A stretch of 64,000 nucleotides of DNA from Mytilus trossulus (lineage: Eukaryota). Position 1 is the stretch's first letter. Every line of letters begins with the position of its first letter. The stretch spans positions 13,578,001 through 13,642,000 of the forward strand of contig NC_086376.1 of the NCBI RefSeq assembly GCF_036588685.1, read 5' to 3'. Both the position numbers and the translations under genes were made by a program. The notes under the pieces are model-generated. The model was not told the origin of the DNA. It searched no databases and saw only the letters and a list, made by a program, of their open reading frames with translations. This document shows positions 50,946 through 63,952 of the stretch, piece after piece.

Positions 50946-51859
50946 AACAAGAGGCTCTCAAGAGCCTGAATCGCTCACCTTAATTCTTATGGTTAAATCT
51001 CTCATCAATGATTATTTTGGCTTTTCAATTTATTTAAATGTTCTTTGGATCGTCCTATTTTCTTCAAAAGCCAAAAAAAAATAAAAAATTCTCCTATGTT
51101 CTATTTTAGCAATAGGAGCTATGTTTCTTGACATACAAGGAAATAAAATATAAAATTTATACTAGATACTCTGAAACTCATTTAGCCTAAGTTTGGCTGA
51201 AATTGATACAGCAGTTTCAAAGGAGAAGATTTTTTTTAAAGTAAGTCAACATGATGAACAAATTGTGAAAAAAAAGTCTTTAAAGGGCAATAACTCCTTA
51301 AGGGGTCAATTGACAATTTTGGTCAAATTGACAATTTTGGTCAAATTGACTTATTTATAGATCTTACTTTGCTGAACATTATTGCTGTTTACAGTTTATA
51401 TCTATCTATAATAATATTCAAGATAATAAACAAAAACAGCAAAATTTCCCTAAAATTATCAATTCAGGGGCAGAAACCCAACAACAGGTTGTCTGATTCA
51501 TCTGAAAATTTCAGGGCAGATAGATCTTGACCTGATAAACAATATTACTTCATGTCAGATTTGCTCTAAATGCTTTGGTTTTTGAGTTATAAGCCAAAAA
51601 CTGCATTTGACCCCTATGTTCTATTTTTAGCAATGGCGACCATGTTTGTTAATAGATCAAAAGTTCGGATACAATTTATAAACTAGATACACTAAGGAAC
51701 CTTCAGTTAAAGTTTGGAAGTATTTGGCCCAATAGTTTCAGAGGAGAAAATTCTTGAAATAGTTTATGACGACGACGGACGACGACAGACGACGGACGAC
51801 GACGGACGCCAAGTGATGGCATAAGCTCACTTGGCCCTTCGGGCCAGGTGAGCTAAAAA
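50946..51859 (+). mobile_element. Helentron-associated / pearl-like non-autonomous element
   Basis: Subterminal inverted repeat gctcacct (50973) / aggtgagc (51846); 5' hairpin aggctc/gagcct; two ~145-bp core repeats (51091, 51611); GAC/GACG microsatellite 51768-51808; 3' hairpin agctcacttggccc-ttc-gggccaggtgagct; degenerate relative ending near 29480-29550. Confidence 0.78.
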
Positions 51860-52374
51860 TGAGAGGAACTTCAGCAGGAGAAGATTAAAAGACAGGAAGA
51901 ATATACAAAATCGCGATTTGAGGCAAACTGCATTTGAAATGAAATTACACCATACAAGACAAAAAAAGATAAAGTTAACAATCTGAAACGCAGATAAAAT
52001 TCCGATGGATAACAACTGTCATATTTCTGACTTGGTACAGGTATTTTCGTATGTAGAAACTGATGGATTAAACCTGGTTTTAAAACTAGATAAACCTCAT
52101 TTGTATGACAGTCGCATTATACTGACAACAATGTGTGAAGTAAACTAAAAGGTCGTTAGTTTATTTCGTTTGAATTGTTGGCACATTGTAGAAAGCCGTA
52201 CGGTGACCTATAGCTGTTCATTTCTGTGTCATTTTGTCTCTAGTGAAAAGTTAATTAATTGAAAATCATACTATATCTTTTTTTCATATAGACACAATTT
52301 GTAAAATAACAAATATACAGCAGTGAACTTTATGTTATAATCTCAAGTCACTATAAAACAATTAATTTTGTCAA

Positions 52375-52980
52375 ATAAAGGCAACAGTAGTATACCGCGG
52401 TTCAAAACTCATTAATCCATGGACAAATAACAAAATCGGGGTAACAAACTAAAACCGAGGGAAACGCATTAAATATAAGAGGAAACACAACACCGAAACG
52501 CAACACACACAGAAACGGACCAAGCATCAGACATAACACCACGAGAATAACAAATATAACATGAAAACCAAATACATGAATTTGGGATAGACAAGTACCG
52601 TGCCACGTCTTATCTCAATATCTCAAACATAAGAGAAAACACAAACGACTCAACGTTAAAATACAACACACACAGAAACGAACAATAATATAACAATGGC
52701 CATCTTCCTGACTTGGTACAGGACACTTTTTAAGGGGAATAAAAGTGGTGGGTTGAACCTGGTTTTGTGGCATGCCAAACCTCGCACTTGAATGGCAAAG
52801 TTAAATATAACATTGAAATGACAACATAATATTACAGGACTACAATACAAATAAATAGGAGAACATATTAGACAAAGAAAAACATGATTAATAGATAACA
52901 AAAAGCATCAGGTTTACAATTCAATACGCCAAAACGCGCCTTGTCCACACAAGACTCACCAGTGACGCCCAGATATAAAA
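52375..52980 (-). repeat. Dispersed repeat carrying a degenerate hammerhead motif; inverted copy at about 46180-46700
   Basis: Reverse-complement match between 46300-46700 and 52375-52980. Confidence 0.75.
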
Positions 52981-53174
52981 CAAAGAAACGAAAGTCAAGA
53001 ATAAAAAAATAATAAATACCATCGCACGCAAAATAACACATTGACAGATGCAGTAGTACCGAGCCATGTTATATGAATATAGCCAAAAATAGACAACAGT
53101 TAAACAAAATTTGAATTGGCAATGGATAAATTTCATGATCTGGCTTTTTTGGCATTTCTTTTTGGACAAATGTC

Positions 53175-53255
53175 TGACGAAAATCATACGTAAATAAGAA
53201 GAGGTCGGCAAGGAGAGGCGCACAATTATTTTCTCTCCATAGGAATACCGACAAT
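53175..53255 (-). mobile_element. Penelope-like reverse transcriptase fragment
   Basis: VGIPM(G), frameshift, NCAPLLADLFLFTY. Confidence 0.65.
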
Positions 53256-53847
53256 AAGTTTGATAAAATTTGACAAATATATATGATGTTAATACGAACC
53301 CGCATTATATTATTCACTTGTTCCTCAGTGTTGCTTTTAATACATTATTTGTTCCCTTCCAACATACTATGCTGCATGGTATCCCAAAGGAATACATTTG
53401 TAGTGTGCTCTACTATTTCGATGTTTAAAACCATTGCAGTTGCCAGTTTATAATGTATAAACATTGAATGACAAAATTTTCTGACGTCGAACACGCGAAT
53501 CAATGTATGTGTTTGTAGATAAATGTTTTTGTGTTCTGTTAAATTGTTCTTTTTAAAAATTGTTACAAGATGATGACTGCTGTACCCATATTTTGACTAT
53601 TTTATTTATTATGTCTATTTAGTTCACGTATCATTGTAAATATAATGGAATTTTGATGAGACTGTCAACAAAGTGAGAGGTTTAGCGTTATAAAACCAGG
53701 ATTATGACAGTTCTTTTTTATTCGTTTTTGATGCGTTTTGTCATTTGATTTTGCCATGTGATTATGGACTTTCCGATTAGATTTTCCTCTGAGCTCAGTA
53801 TTTTTCTAATTTTAATTTTCACAATCAAAATGCAAACAAAGTCATAA

Positions 53848-54849
53848 CCCTTATGAAATTTAAAATGTTGCTGCAGCATTGCCGCAGCGTTGCGGCTTTA
53901 AAGCTGCAACCTAATCAGGTTGCCAGAGGATTGTTGCCGGAGTAGTGCCGGATGATGCTGCTAGCGGCATTGTTCTGGCATCATTGCAACACTAATTCCT
54001 TTCAAACTGAAATTAATTAGCACCACAATATAGCCAGAAAATTTGATGATGTCATTTCCAGCGTTTTTAGCCATTCCCTGTACTAGTGTGTTAGAAATCC
54101 ACCATGTTGCTTGTGATTATAATTGTATTGAAGAATTTGGTGTTCTAGCTGGGTTTTTTGTAAGATTTGAAGACTTAATAATTGTTGTAAGTAAAACTCG
54201 TATCAAGTAATTGCATGTATAGAAAAGATCAATCTTGCATTGTGTATTTCAATAACATGGCCTCATCTGACTTCACTATATACATGCATGTATCGGTGAA
54301 GTTTGTGTTGGGTTTTTTTGCAGCAGTTTAATTGCATACTTGTAGGTTGGTAAATAACACAATATTATTTGCTAAACTCAGGGCACATTAAAAATTTTCA
54401 TTATTTTTTATGCAGATACCGCTGACATTAATTTATGTGCCTGTGCATACAAATTTATAATGCATGAATGCATGTCATATATATGCATTGACAACTTGTT
54501 TTTGCCGGCACAATACATTTTATACAAAGCACGGCCTATTCGCATGTTTTGTCACTAAAAAGATGCAAGAATATAGCCGTATTAGCGCCGCAACAGCGCT
54601 ACAATCATAACGCCAGAAAACTAATTTGCATACGAAATACGCTATAGCCGCATCAGTGCCGCAACATGATGCCAGAATATTGCCGCAACGGTGCCAGAAT
54701 ATAGCCGCAATTATGGTGCCAGAAAACTAATTTGCATACGAAATATGCTATCGCTGCATCGAAGCCGCAACAGTTTGCAGCAACAAAGCCGCAGCATATC
54801 CATACTGCTGCCACAACTATGTGCCAGAGGGCTTATATTTCCATAAGGG
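53848..54849. mobile_element. Non-autonomous CACTA/EnSpm-like element
   Basis: CCCTTATG...CATAAGGG termini, 2-bp TSD AA, many subterminal (t)gccgca / tgcggc repeats in opposite orientation at the two ends. Confidence 0.65.
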
Positions 54850-56947
54850 AACTTGAACCATTTAATAAGATGGTTGTTCCTATGAATACTTAATATGCAG
54901 TGGAAAAATTCTGTATTTTGGGCGATACTGAGCGTTTATTATGAGTCCTGGTTATTTTATAAAACAGTCTTAAAACTTCTGAATATCCAAACTGCCTTTT
55001 TAAATCAAATATAATAGGATCAATTGATTAACATGTTTCTTCATTCAATCTTGAATATTTACTGTCCTGAAACTTAACTATAAACAAGATATCAATAATG
55101 ACTTACGCCCCTTTAGTTGTATATGATTGAAATCACATTTCCATTTGAAAGTCATTTCTGTATTGTTTTAATCTGAAAGCCTTTATGATTTCGGTTATTT
55201 CACAAAGGCTTCGACACTACTCAAGTTAAATGAGCTCATTCCGAATAGATTGACCAATACGACATGTCAGTATATCAACTAAATAACAATATCTTTTTGC
55301 TGCATTATCTTTATTCCCATAAAGCCAATGCATTACATTGTACAGAGATAACAAATACCAACAATAAATATTTACAATATGTAAAAATCAAGAGAGAGAG
55401 AGAGAGAGAGTTAATTACAAGCCAGGAGAAGAACATTTATAAGTATTTATATGTCTGAGATCCTTCAATGTCAATAGGTCGTTTTAAAAAGTGGTAATGT
55501 GGGGTCTGATCCATTTCCGTTAACAAAATGTATCGGTTTCTGCATCACGCATAATTAAATCTCGAATTCCTAAAAAAAAGTGCTTTGCAGAGATAGAGCC
55601 TTATCCTGATAATGCAACCGATAACACTACTCATGATGTTCATGCGATTCCCTTCATTTTTGTTTGTTGCCATGATTTTTCTAGCAATCGATTTACGAGA
55701 TTTGAACATGGGTAAACTACTGTCGCCTTAATTTGTATACTCTTGTTGTGAATTACAGTAAATGTTTGGCATACTATAATGAGACCGCAAGTAAACGACA
55801 TTAAATACGAATATATGTTTAAAAGGTCAACGATAAAATGTCAATACAATATATCAATCTTTTAATAGGTCCTGTGAATATATTTTAGGACTAAAATATG
55901 TCATTAGCAACTTATTCCCTGAATGACAAATCATAAGATCCATTACAATATACTGATGATGTTTATGACGTTGGTACAATTGAGCACACGAGCATATATA
56001 ATAGGATTAATCTAGTTAATGCATGCACCTGTAATAGTTCTCATCCTTTTAATCACAACAAATCGGATGACAAAAGGTAAATACAGATGAATAATAGATC
56101 AGTGCAGAAAAGTCTAAATATGGATACTTTGGTCTTAGGACAGGTCCCAAATTAATCACTTGTCAATAGGGACGTCTACTTGAATGGGGTGTTAAAATCG
56201 ACAGTCACGTCATGTGAGAATTACGACGTTGACAAAGAGTAAATTATCAGAAATAAGGGTACAGCAGTCAATATTGTGTTGTTAAACACTAAAAAAACAT
56301 GTCAACAAAGAAAACTAGAGACATAGCAAAAGCACATTAGCATAAGAAATTTACTATTGCACAATAACAGGGTGTACAAAGTACTGTGCCACGTCAAAGG
56401 GATAGTCTTAAAAATAGACTGAACAGTTCAATGTTATCAATATATTCCACTTAGTTGCATACATCTAAACTTGCATTATCATTTGTGTTTAATGACATTT
56501 TCACTCTGAGTGCAAACTTACTTGACAGGAGTGTCACACATTCATTTTAGCTTCCATTAAATCTTTTTCTTTCTTCCTTAAAGTATTTCAGTAAGACGAG
56601 AAGACGAAACTAAGTTGAAAAACTTGTTTCTAATCCAATTGATATTTTTGAATAATAAAATTGTTTAAACTAACTAAGATGAGTTTATCCCATACCTGCA
56701 TGATCATTCCTTCAACAAAATATGAGATTTTATCAAAAGTGAGAAATAAAGTTTATCTCTTATGGAAACTGTACACATATCAAGACAGTTATGTTCCAAC
56801 TAAGCTCAAGATGGTTATGTGTTTTTCTCTTTAAATTGTACCATTTTTGATAATTTCCTCGACTGAAATGTTTACAGATCATGGGCTGGGTGGCCTGTGT
56901 TAAGGCTTATAAAATATCATTTAAGAATACTCGCATGCATGTTGTAT

Positions 56948-57523
56948 GAGATGATTTCAGCTTTCCAATTGTAAACTTTCCATTCTAAGTAGCAACATTC
57001 CAGCAGCACCTGCATTCGGGGAATATATCTCCCAACTGATACCATATTCCCGTGCTTGCATTTCATATCATGAATTTTCTTGATAGAGGGTTGCTGCTAA
57101 CAAGGAAGCTATTAAACAAAGAGTTCCAAATTGTGAAGTTGAAATAATCCTTTCGTAAATTTACGGACGCCATCACGAGTTGGTTGACCGTTATGGAATT
57201 TCCGTTTCGCAAAAGATATCGGATATGTTCTTGACATCGTAACTACAATCCCCTTCCCTTTCATGAATGTAACCTACCAAATAAGACTATTTAGCGGATT
57301 TGTTATCACATAAGCAACACGACGGGTGCCACATGTAGAGCAGGATCTGCATACCCTTCCGGAGCACCCCTAGGGTTTGGTGGGGGTTCGTGTTAATTAT
57401 TCTTTAGTTTTCTATGTTGTGTCATGTGTACTATTGTTTGTCTATTTCATTTTTAGCCATGGCGTTGTCAGTTTAATTTCGATTTATGAGTTTGACTGTC
57501 CCTCTAGTATCTTTCGTCCCTCT
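56948..57523 (+). mobile_element. Penelope-like element 3' remnant (RT C-terminal region plus non-coding tail); tail copies at 5140-5355, 37950-38310, 48221-48346, 49625-49795
   Basis: DDFSFPIVNFPF/SSNIPAAPAFGEYISQLIPYSRAC...KFYGRHHELVDRYGISVSQ with frameshifts and stops. Confidence 0.7.
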
Positions 57524-58815
57524 GTTTTTCCACATACATATGTACTGCAAATTTAATACAAAAACACGAGTAAAATGAAAAACAAAACAAAACAAAGCAG
57601 TAGCAGTAGCATATCACAATGTTACTTGTTACATAAAACATGCAACAACCACTAAAAGTCCTTATATATTAAGTATTTCAGTTTACAACCTTAAGATGAG
57701 CAGTGTTTGTTTAACTAATGTCATAGAGAGAAAGGATATACCGTACGTAAATGAAAAATAGCGCAAGACCCCTGAATTTATATTTGTTTCTTTGAACTAA
57801 ATGTGCCGTCGATACCTAATACTCTCCACAGTATGCTCGTATACAAGACAGATTTCATCAAAAATAAAAGTGCAAAGATATTTCAGAATATATATGTTAG
57901 AAGAAGAACCTGTGGTAAAGTAAGACGTGTAATCTAATAAGTTGGGGATTATTTGATTAGCAATGTAGAAGACAGTCTCTAAATAGTATTATATACATAG
58001 TTACTTGAGACTTTCTTATTAATACTGTTCATTATATGGCTTTAGCTTTAGATTGATAATCAATCTCGTTTGATAAAGTGACAACTCTACAGTCTTCCAA
58101 CATAATTTTTTCATGTTACAATTGACGAATGCACGGATATGGTGGGTCAAATGAACTCCTATCAGGACTGATTGAACTAAAAATAAAACATGTGTATTTC
58201 TTGTTGATTAATTTAAGGATACCATTCAACTTGATTTTTGTGTTTTTTGTCAATATTTTTCTATGCAATACGGTTGATTTGATCCATCTGATTTTCGTCA
58301 TCACAGGCGCTCCCCTGAACAATGGTACCATAGTTAAAAGTGAACCTGTGAAAAAAAGCAATATTCCAGCACTGTTTTAAATAATTATAAACACTAATTA
58401 ATTCAATTACGAATAAAGCAATTAGTTCCTGTTTTTTTCATTTCCAAGAATATTTAATTTATATGAAAATAGCATAAATCGCCTGTTTCTTCTATTCTTT
58501 CCTTTCAAATTCAATTAAAAAAATGAATAAATCTGATTTCACACCTAATTGAAAAGAATGAATAATGTCAATAATAAAGTAGAAATCAGATCATCAATTA
58601 CAATGAGAAAGTTTTTCGGTCAACAGTTCTGATTTCATGCGATTATAATACTTAACCATAGAAAAGTCATTTTATTCTGAAATAATAAGAAAACACAAAC
58701 CTTTGAATATATTTAATTATCATATATGACAAAAGTTAAAGAGAGTTAAATAAGTTGACGAGTTCTTATATGGCCTTCTGCAACTTCAAATTACACCCCT
58801 ATTGCATATACTAGT

Positions 58816-59030
58816 TGCTGGTGGTTGTTCCACAGGGCAGTAGTACGCGTCTAGTGTGGCTGTTTTTTTTTTATAAAAAGCAGCTTCCGCTGGCTAGCCT
58901 ACATATGTAAGCGAAGAGAGAGCCGAGTGAGTAAGCCTCTCCTGCCAGTACACTGTCAAGACTTCTACAGTGCCTCCCCGCGACAGCACATGGTAACTGG
59001 GGTCTAGCATCTCAGGCTTTACTGTAGAGG
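58816..59030 (+). ncRNA. Candidate HDV-like self-cleaving ribozyme in the RTE 5' UTR
   Basis: P2 58962-58971 / 59021-59030; P3-L3 gcc-TCCCCGC-gac; P1 3' strand agcacat; GG; P4 ctgggg/tctcag; GC in J4/2. Confidence 0.55.
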
Positions 59031-59397
59031 ATCTTGGAGCAGCAAGGGCCCTAAAGATGCAGAGTGTAGGCCCACCGACGTGTGGACACGCCCTTACTCT
59101 CATTAACCTTGCCCCAACTATGGGTAAATAGCCGGTTAGATGAAAATCGTTAACCCAGGAAGGTAATTTATCTAGGAGAAAGAAACTCCAAAATAAAAAC
59201 GGGCAGATAATGGTTCGTCAGCCTTGGTAGGCAATTTATCTAAAGGAAGGAAACCTCGACGAAAAATCCCTGGCCCTCCAAGCAGGGGGTTTGGCATAGG
59301 GCCAACAACCCTATCCTATAAAAAGATTAAAGTTACGGAAACAGCAACAAAGGAATCAAACACAACCGCTTTACGAATAGGCCTTCAAGTAAATAGT

Positions 59398-62300
59398 ATG
59401 ATTGCCAGTGGTGAAAGCCGCAAGGAAGCTACTGGCAGGAATGAAGTGCTCAGCGCTAAAGCAAAAACCAGAATAGGATTCTGGAATGTACGTACTATGT
59501 ATGAAACTGGAAAACTCGCACAGGTCACATCAGAAATGATGCGGTATAACTTGCACATTTTGGGAGTTAGTGAATGCAGATGGACAGGTTCTGGTAAAAT
59601 GAAAACTGACACAGGTGAAACAGTTCTTTACTCAGGCAGAGAAGACAACCATCATTTTGAAGGAGTAGCCATCATCCTCAAGAAAGGCACTGAGAAGGTA
59701 CTTATTGAATGGAAACCTGTTAATAGTAGATTGATAACAGCAAAATTGAAAGGAGTACACACCAACATGACCCTTATACAATGCTATGCACCAACAAATG
59801 ACAGTGATGAAGCTGCAAAAGACACCTTTTACGAGCAACTTCAAGCAGAAGTGAGATTAGTACCACGTCATGATCTTCTAGTGGTGATGGGTGATTTGAA
59901 TGCCAAAGTGGGAAACAACAACACTGATATGGACAGAATAATAGGTGAACATGGATGTGGTACTATAAATGATAATGGAGAAAGATTAGTAGAATTGTGT
60001 GCAGCGTACAACCTGGTTGTAGGAGGAACACTTTTTCCACATCAAGATATTCATAAGTTAACATGGTGTTCTCCAAATGGAAGGGATAAGAACCAGATCG
60101 ACCACCTTATCATAAATGGTACTTGGAGACGTTCATTACTAGATGTCAAAGTTAAGAGGGGAGCAGATGTTGGCAGTGACCATCACCTTGTTACTGCAAA
60201 TATTAAAATGAAATTGAGAAGTACAGGACGCAAAACACTTGTTCCTACACGTTATGATATTGAAAAACTACAAGATCATAAAGTAAAGAATGCATTCATC
60301 CTTCAATTGAAGAATAAGTTTCAAGCTTTGACAGATAATCCTGACATGGTTCCATCAGAAACAACAGAAGTCAACACAAAATGGGATCAAATAAGAACAA
60401 TATATGAAACAACTAGCCAGGACTGTCTTGGTTTTAAGCAGGGCAAAACGATGAAGAAATGGATAACACCAGGTACTTGGAAGGTTATAGAAGAAAGACG
60501 CCATATGAATAAAAAAATACTGGACACAAAATCAGAAAGGCTACAAGAAAGACACAAAGCAGCCTATAGAGTTTTAGACAAGAATGTTAAGCGAATGGCT
60601 AGAGCAGACCAAAGAGCTTACAGAAGACCTTGCTAAACAAGCAGAAGAAGCAGCTGAAAAGGGTGAACAGGGAAAAATTTACAAGATAACAAGAGAAATC
60701 TGTGGTAAATTTCGAAGCAATAATGATGTCCATATAAAAGACAAAAATGGAAGGCTATTGACAACCGAAGACGAGCAAAAAGGCCAGATGGGCAGAACAC
60801 TTTCAAGAAGTACTCAACAGACCAGCTCCAGATGAAGAAGCAATTATAATTGAGGCACTTCAAGATTTGGAAATAAATACCAACTTACCAGAAAGACAGG
60901 AAATAATAACAGCAATAAAAGCATTAAAAAATGGGAAATCACCAGGGCAGGACAATCTAAATGCAGAACTTTTCAAAGTCGACCCAGAACTTGCAGCTGA
61001 AATTCTTCAATCTCTATTTACTTCAATATGGAAAGGAAAAATTATACCTGACGATTGGACAAAAGGCATAATAATAAAGTTAGCCAAGAAAGGAGCTCTA
61101 AGTGATTGCAACAACTGGCGAGGTATAACTCTATTGTCAATCCCAAGTAAGATCATGGCCAAAATTATTATCCAAAGAATAATAGATGCAGTTGACAAAC
61201 AGCTAAGAGAGGAACAAGCAGGATTCCGTAAAGGTAGAGGATGCATAGATCAAATCTTTGCTTTACGCAACATCATTGAACAATGTACAGAATGGCAAAG
61301 GCAGCTTTACATCAACTTTGTGGATTTTAAGAAGGCTTTTGACAGTATCAACAGAAAGACCTTGTGGGGAATACTCAGATCATATGGAATTCCAAAAGAA
61401 ATAATTGAGCTCATTAAAAGTTTCTACAACAATTTCACTTGCAGTGTAGGGCAAAGCAACATCTGGTTTGAGGTAAAAACAGGAGTTAGACAAGGCTGTG
61501 TGATGTCTTCCCTTCTTTTCAATTTCGTCATTGACTGGGTAATGAGAAAAACAACGGAAGATGCTCCAAGAGGAATAAGATGGAACCTTTCAGCAACATT
61601 AAAAGATCTTGATTTTGCTGATGATCTTGCTCTTTTATCTCATACCCACCACCATTTACAAGAGAAGACAAACCGCCTTAACACTTTTGCTAGTCAAGTT
61701 GGACTAAAAATCAGCCAAACCAAAACTGAAGTCATGACGCTTAACATCAATAACCCAACTCCTATCCTAGTAGATGGAAAAGATCTCCCCATCACAGAAA
61801 CTTTTACATACCTAGGAAGTACAATAAGAAACGATGGAGGTGCAGGAAATGACATAATGAATAGATTGAACAAAGCAAGGAATATATTTAGATCACTTAA
61901 CAATGTATGGAAATCATCCCAGTATAGTAAGAAGACCAAACTAAAACTGTACCAGAGTTGTGTACTATCTACTCTGCTATATGGATCAGAATGCTGGAGG
62001 ATGACAGAGGTCGATCTAAACAAACTGTCGGTTTTCCAAACCAAAAGCTTAAGAAGAATCCTGCGCATTTTCTGGCCAAACAAAATATCTAATGAAGATC
62101 TTCTAAACCAGTGTCAGCAAGATAGCATGGGTACAATATTAGTGAGAAGGCGTTGGAAATGGATTGGACATGTCATCAGAAGAGATAGTAATTCCATCAC
62201 TAGAACAGCATTACATTGAACCCCAGAAGGAAGGCGTAAGCGAGGAAGACCAAAAAACACATGGAGGCGTACTGTAGAAGGAGAACTGAAGACCATGAAC

Positions 62301-62399
62301 AAAACATGGGGAACAGTAGAAAAGATGGCCAAAGACAGACAGAAATGGAGAACCTTTGTTGCTGCCCTACATGCCGATGGCATACCGGGCAGTAAGTAA
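59398..62399 (+). pseudogene. RTE AP-endonuclease + reverse transcriptase ORF with 2 frameshifts and 1 nonsense codon
   Basis: APE motifs WNVRT, GVSECRW, MGDLNAK, QIDH, SDHHLV; RT motifs QAGFR, FVDFKKAFDS, GVRQGC, FADD, YLGS; frameshifts near 60620 and 60780; TGA at 62217 interrupts ALH(W)TPEGRRKRGRP; native stop at 62397-62399. Confidence 0.9.
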
Positions 62400-62714
62400 G
62401 TAAGTAAGCACATACTAGTAATCTATTATTATCAAAATACAACAACCGGTTTAATGCAGTAAAATTCAATACCGCTTGTGATTGGTCGATTCATAGTTCA
62501 TTGGGTCATTCAAAAGTAAAAGGTCATCCCACTCTCTAGATTTTGCTTTAATCATTTGTGACTGTTTAGACTTTAGATACGCTGAGGGTAAATACAATGC
62601 ATTTTACCCGAAAGAAAAACTTTTCATGAATCGAATAGTGTATATAACAAGAAATTTGAAAATGAAATGACAGAGAAATAAGGGTTTCAATCGGAGAGGT
62701 GGTGAAAAAAGTAG

Positions 62715-62850
62715 TTTGGTACCTTCTCGTAAATAAGCTTTGATAGTGGATCTTTTTATTGATAAAATCAAGTGCATGTGTATCATAGGCGAGACCAAAC
62801 TTGACGAAACGTTCAGGGATGGTGAATTGCAAGTAGAAAACTTTAATTTG
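62715..62850 (+). mobile_element. Short LINE AP-endonuclease fragment
   Basis: IVDLFIDKIKCMCIIGETKLDETFRDGELQVENFNL resembles the ETKLD...F...Y APE N-terminal block. Confidence 0.5.
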
Positions 62851-63629
62851 AGGAGTTTTAGTTTCCACATGATTGCATTGACGTTGTCAAATTTTACACA
62901 TTCTGAGAAAACGTATTTTAGCAAAATTAAGAAATTAATTTTTTATTTTAGTACAATGTAAATACACTTAAGTTGACTAAAAAAAACAGTAACCAATTTG
63001 CGCCATCATTTCAAAATTTTGCGACTTTTACTGCCCATATAGCAATTTTCTAGCTGAAGCATTTTCATTGTATGAAAATTGCAATATAAAAACTTTCAGT
63101 CCCTTTAGTTGAAACGTAGCTGTCTTGAAATGTGTAGTTTCCATAATATACTTAATTTATTTCTCCCTTTTTTTGATAAAACCTCACATTTTGTTGAAGG
63201 AATAATCATGCAGGGATGGGATATACTCATCTTAAAAAATTTCTGGCAGAATCTAACCCGACATCAATTACTGAAAGCGCTTTGAGGAAGAACGAAAGAG
63301 TTGAGAGGACAGCTTAAATGTGTCACACTCCTGTCATGTAATCTTGCACACAAGAGTGAAAAAGTAATAAGTACAAATGTATGCAACTTAGTGATATATA
63401 TATATATATATTTGTTTTACATGATCTAACTTTAACTTTTAGTCTTATTTTATTACTTTCACGTGGCTCGGTACTTATTCATCCTGAATTTGCGTAATTG
63501 TGCAATGGTAAATTTCCGTGTTTTTTTCTTTAGTTTATGCTTATGTGCTTTGGCTATGTATTTTTAGTTTTCCTTTGTGACATGTTAATTTGTTTAATAG
63601 TGATTAATATATCACAATAAGTACTGATG

Positions 63630-63952
63630 TAAAATTGAGAATGGAAATGGGGAATGTGTCAAAGAGACAACAACCCGACCAAATAAAAAAACAACAGCAG
63701 AAGGTCACCAACAGGTCTTCAATGTAGCGAGAAATTCCCGCACCCGGAAGCGTCCTTCAGCTGGCCCCTAAACAAATATATACTAGTTCAGTGATAATGA
63801 ACGCCATACTAATTTCCAAATTGTACACAAGAAACTAAAATTAAAATAATACAAGACCAACAAAGACCAGAGGCTCCTGACTTGGGACAGGCGCAAAAAT
63901 GCGGCGGGGTTAAACATGTTTGTGAGATCTCAACCCTCCCCCTATTTTCTAG
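63630..63952 (+). repeat. Abundant dispersed repeat (aaaattgagaatggaaatggggaatgtgtcaaagagacaac); copies near 1170, 8125-8335, 14645-14745, 27705-28135, 31485, 36895
   Basis: Multiple alignable copies on both strands. Confidence 0.8.

Larger units (their letters stand above)
58816..62408 (+). mobile_element. Full-length RTE-clade non-LTR retrotransposon, disabled
   Basis: TSD catatactagt / cacatactagt; (TAAG)n tail; single APE-RT ORF. Confidence 0.92.

Noticed and set aside
59385-62469. Minus-strand ORFs over the LINE
   Set aside because: Antisense shadows of the RTE ORF
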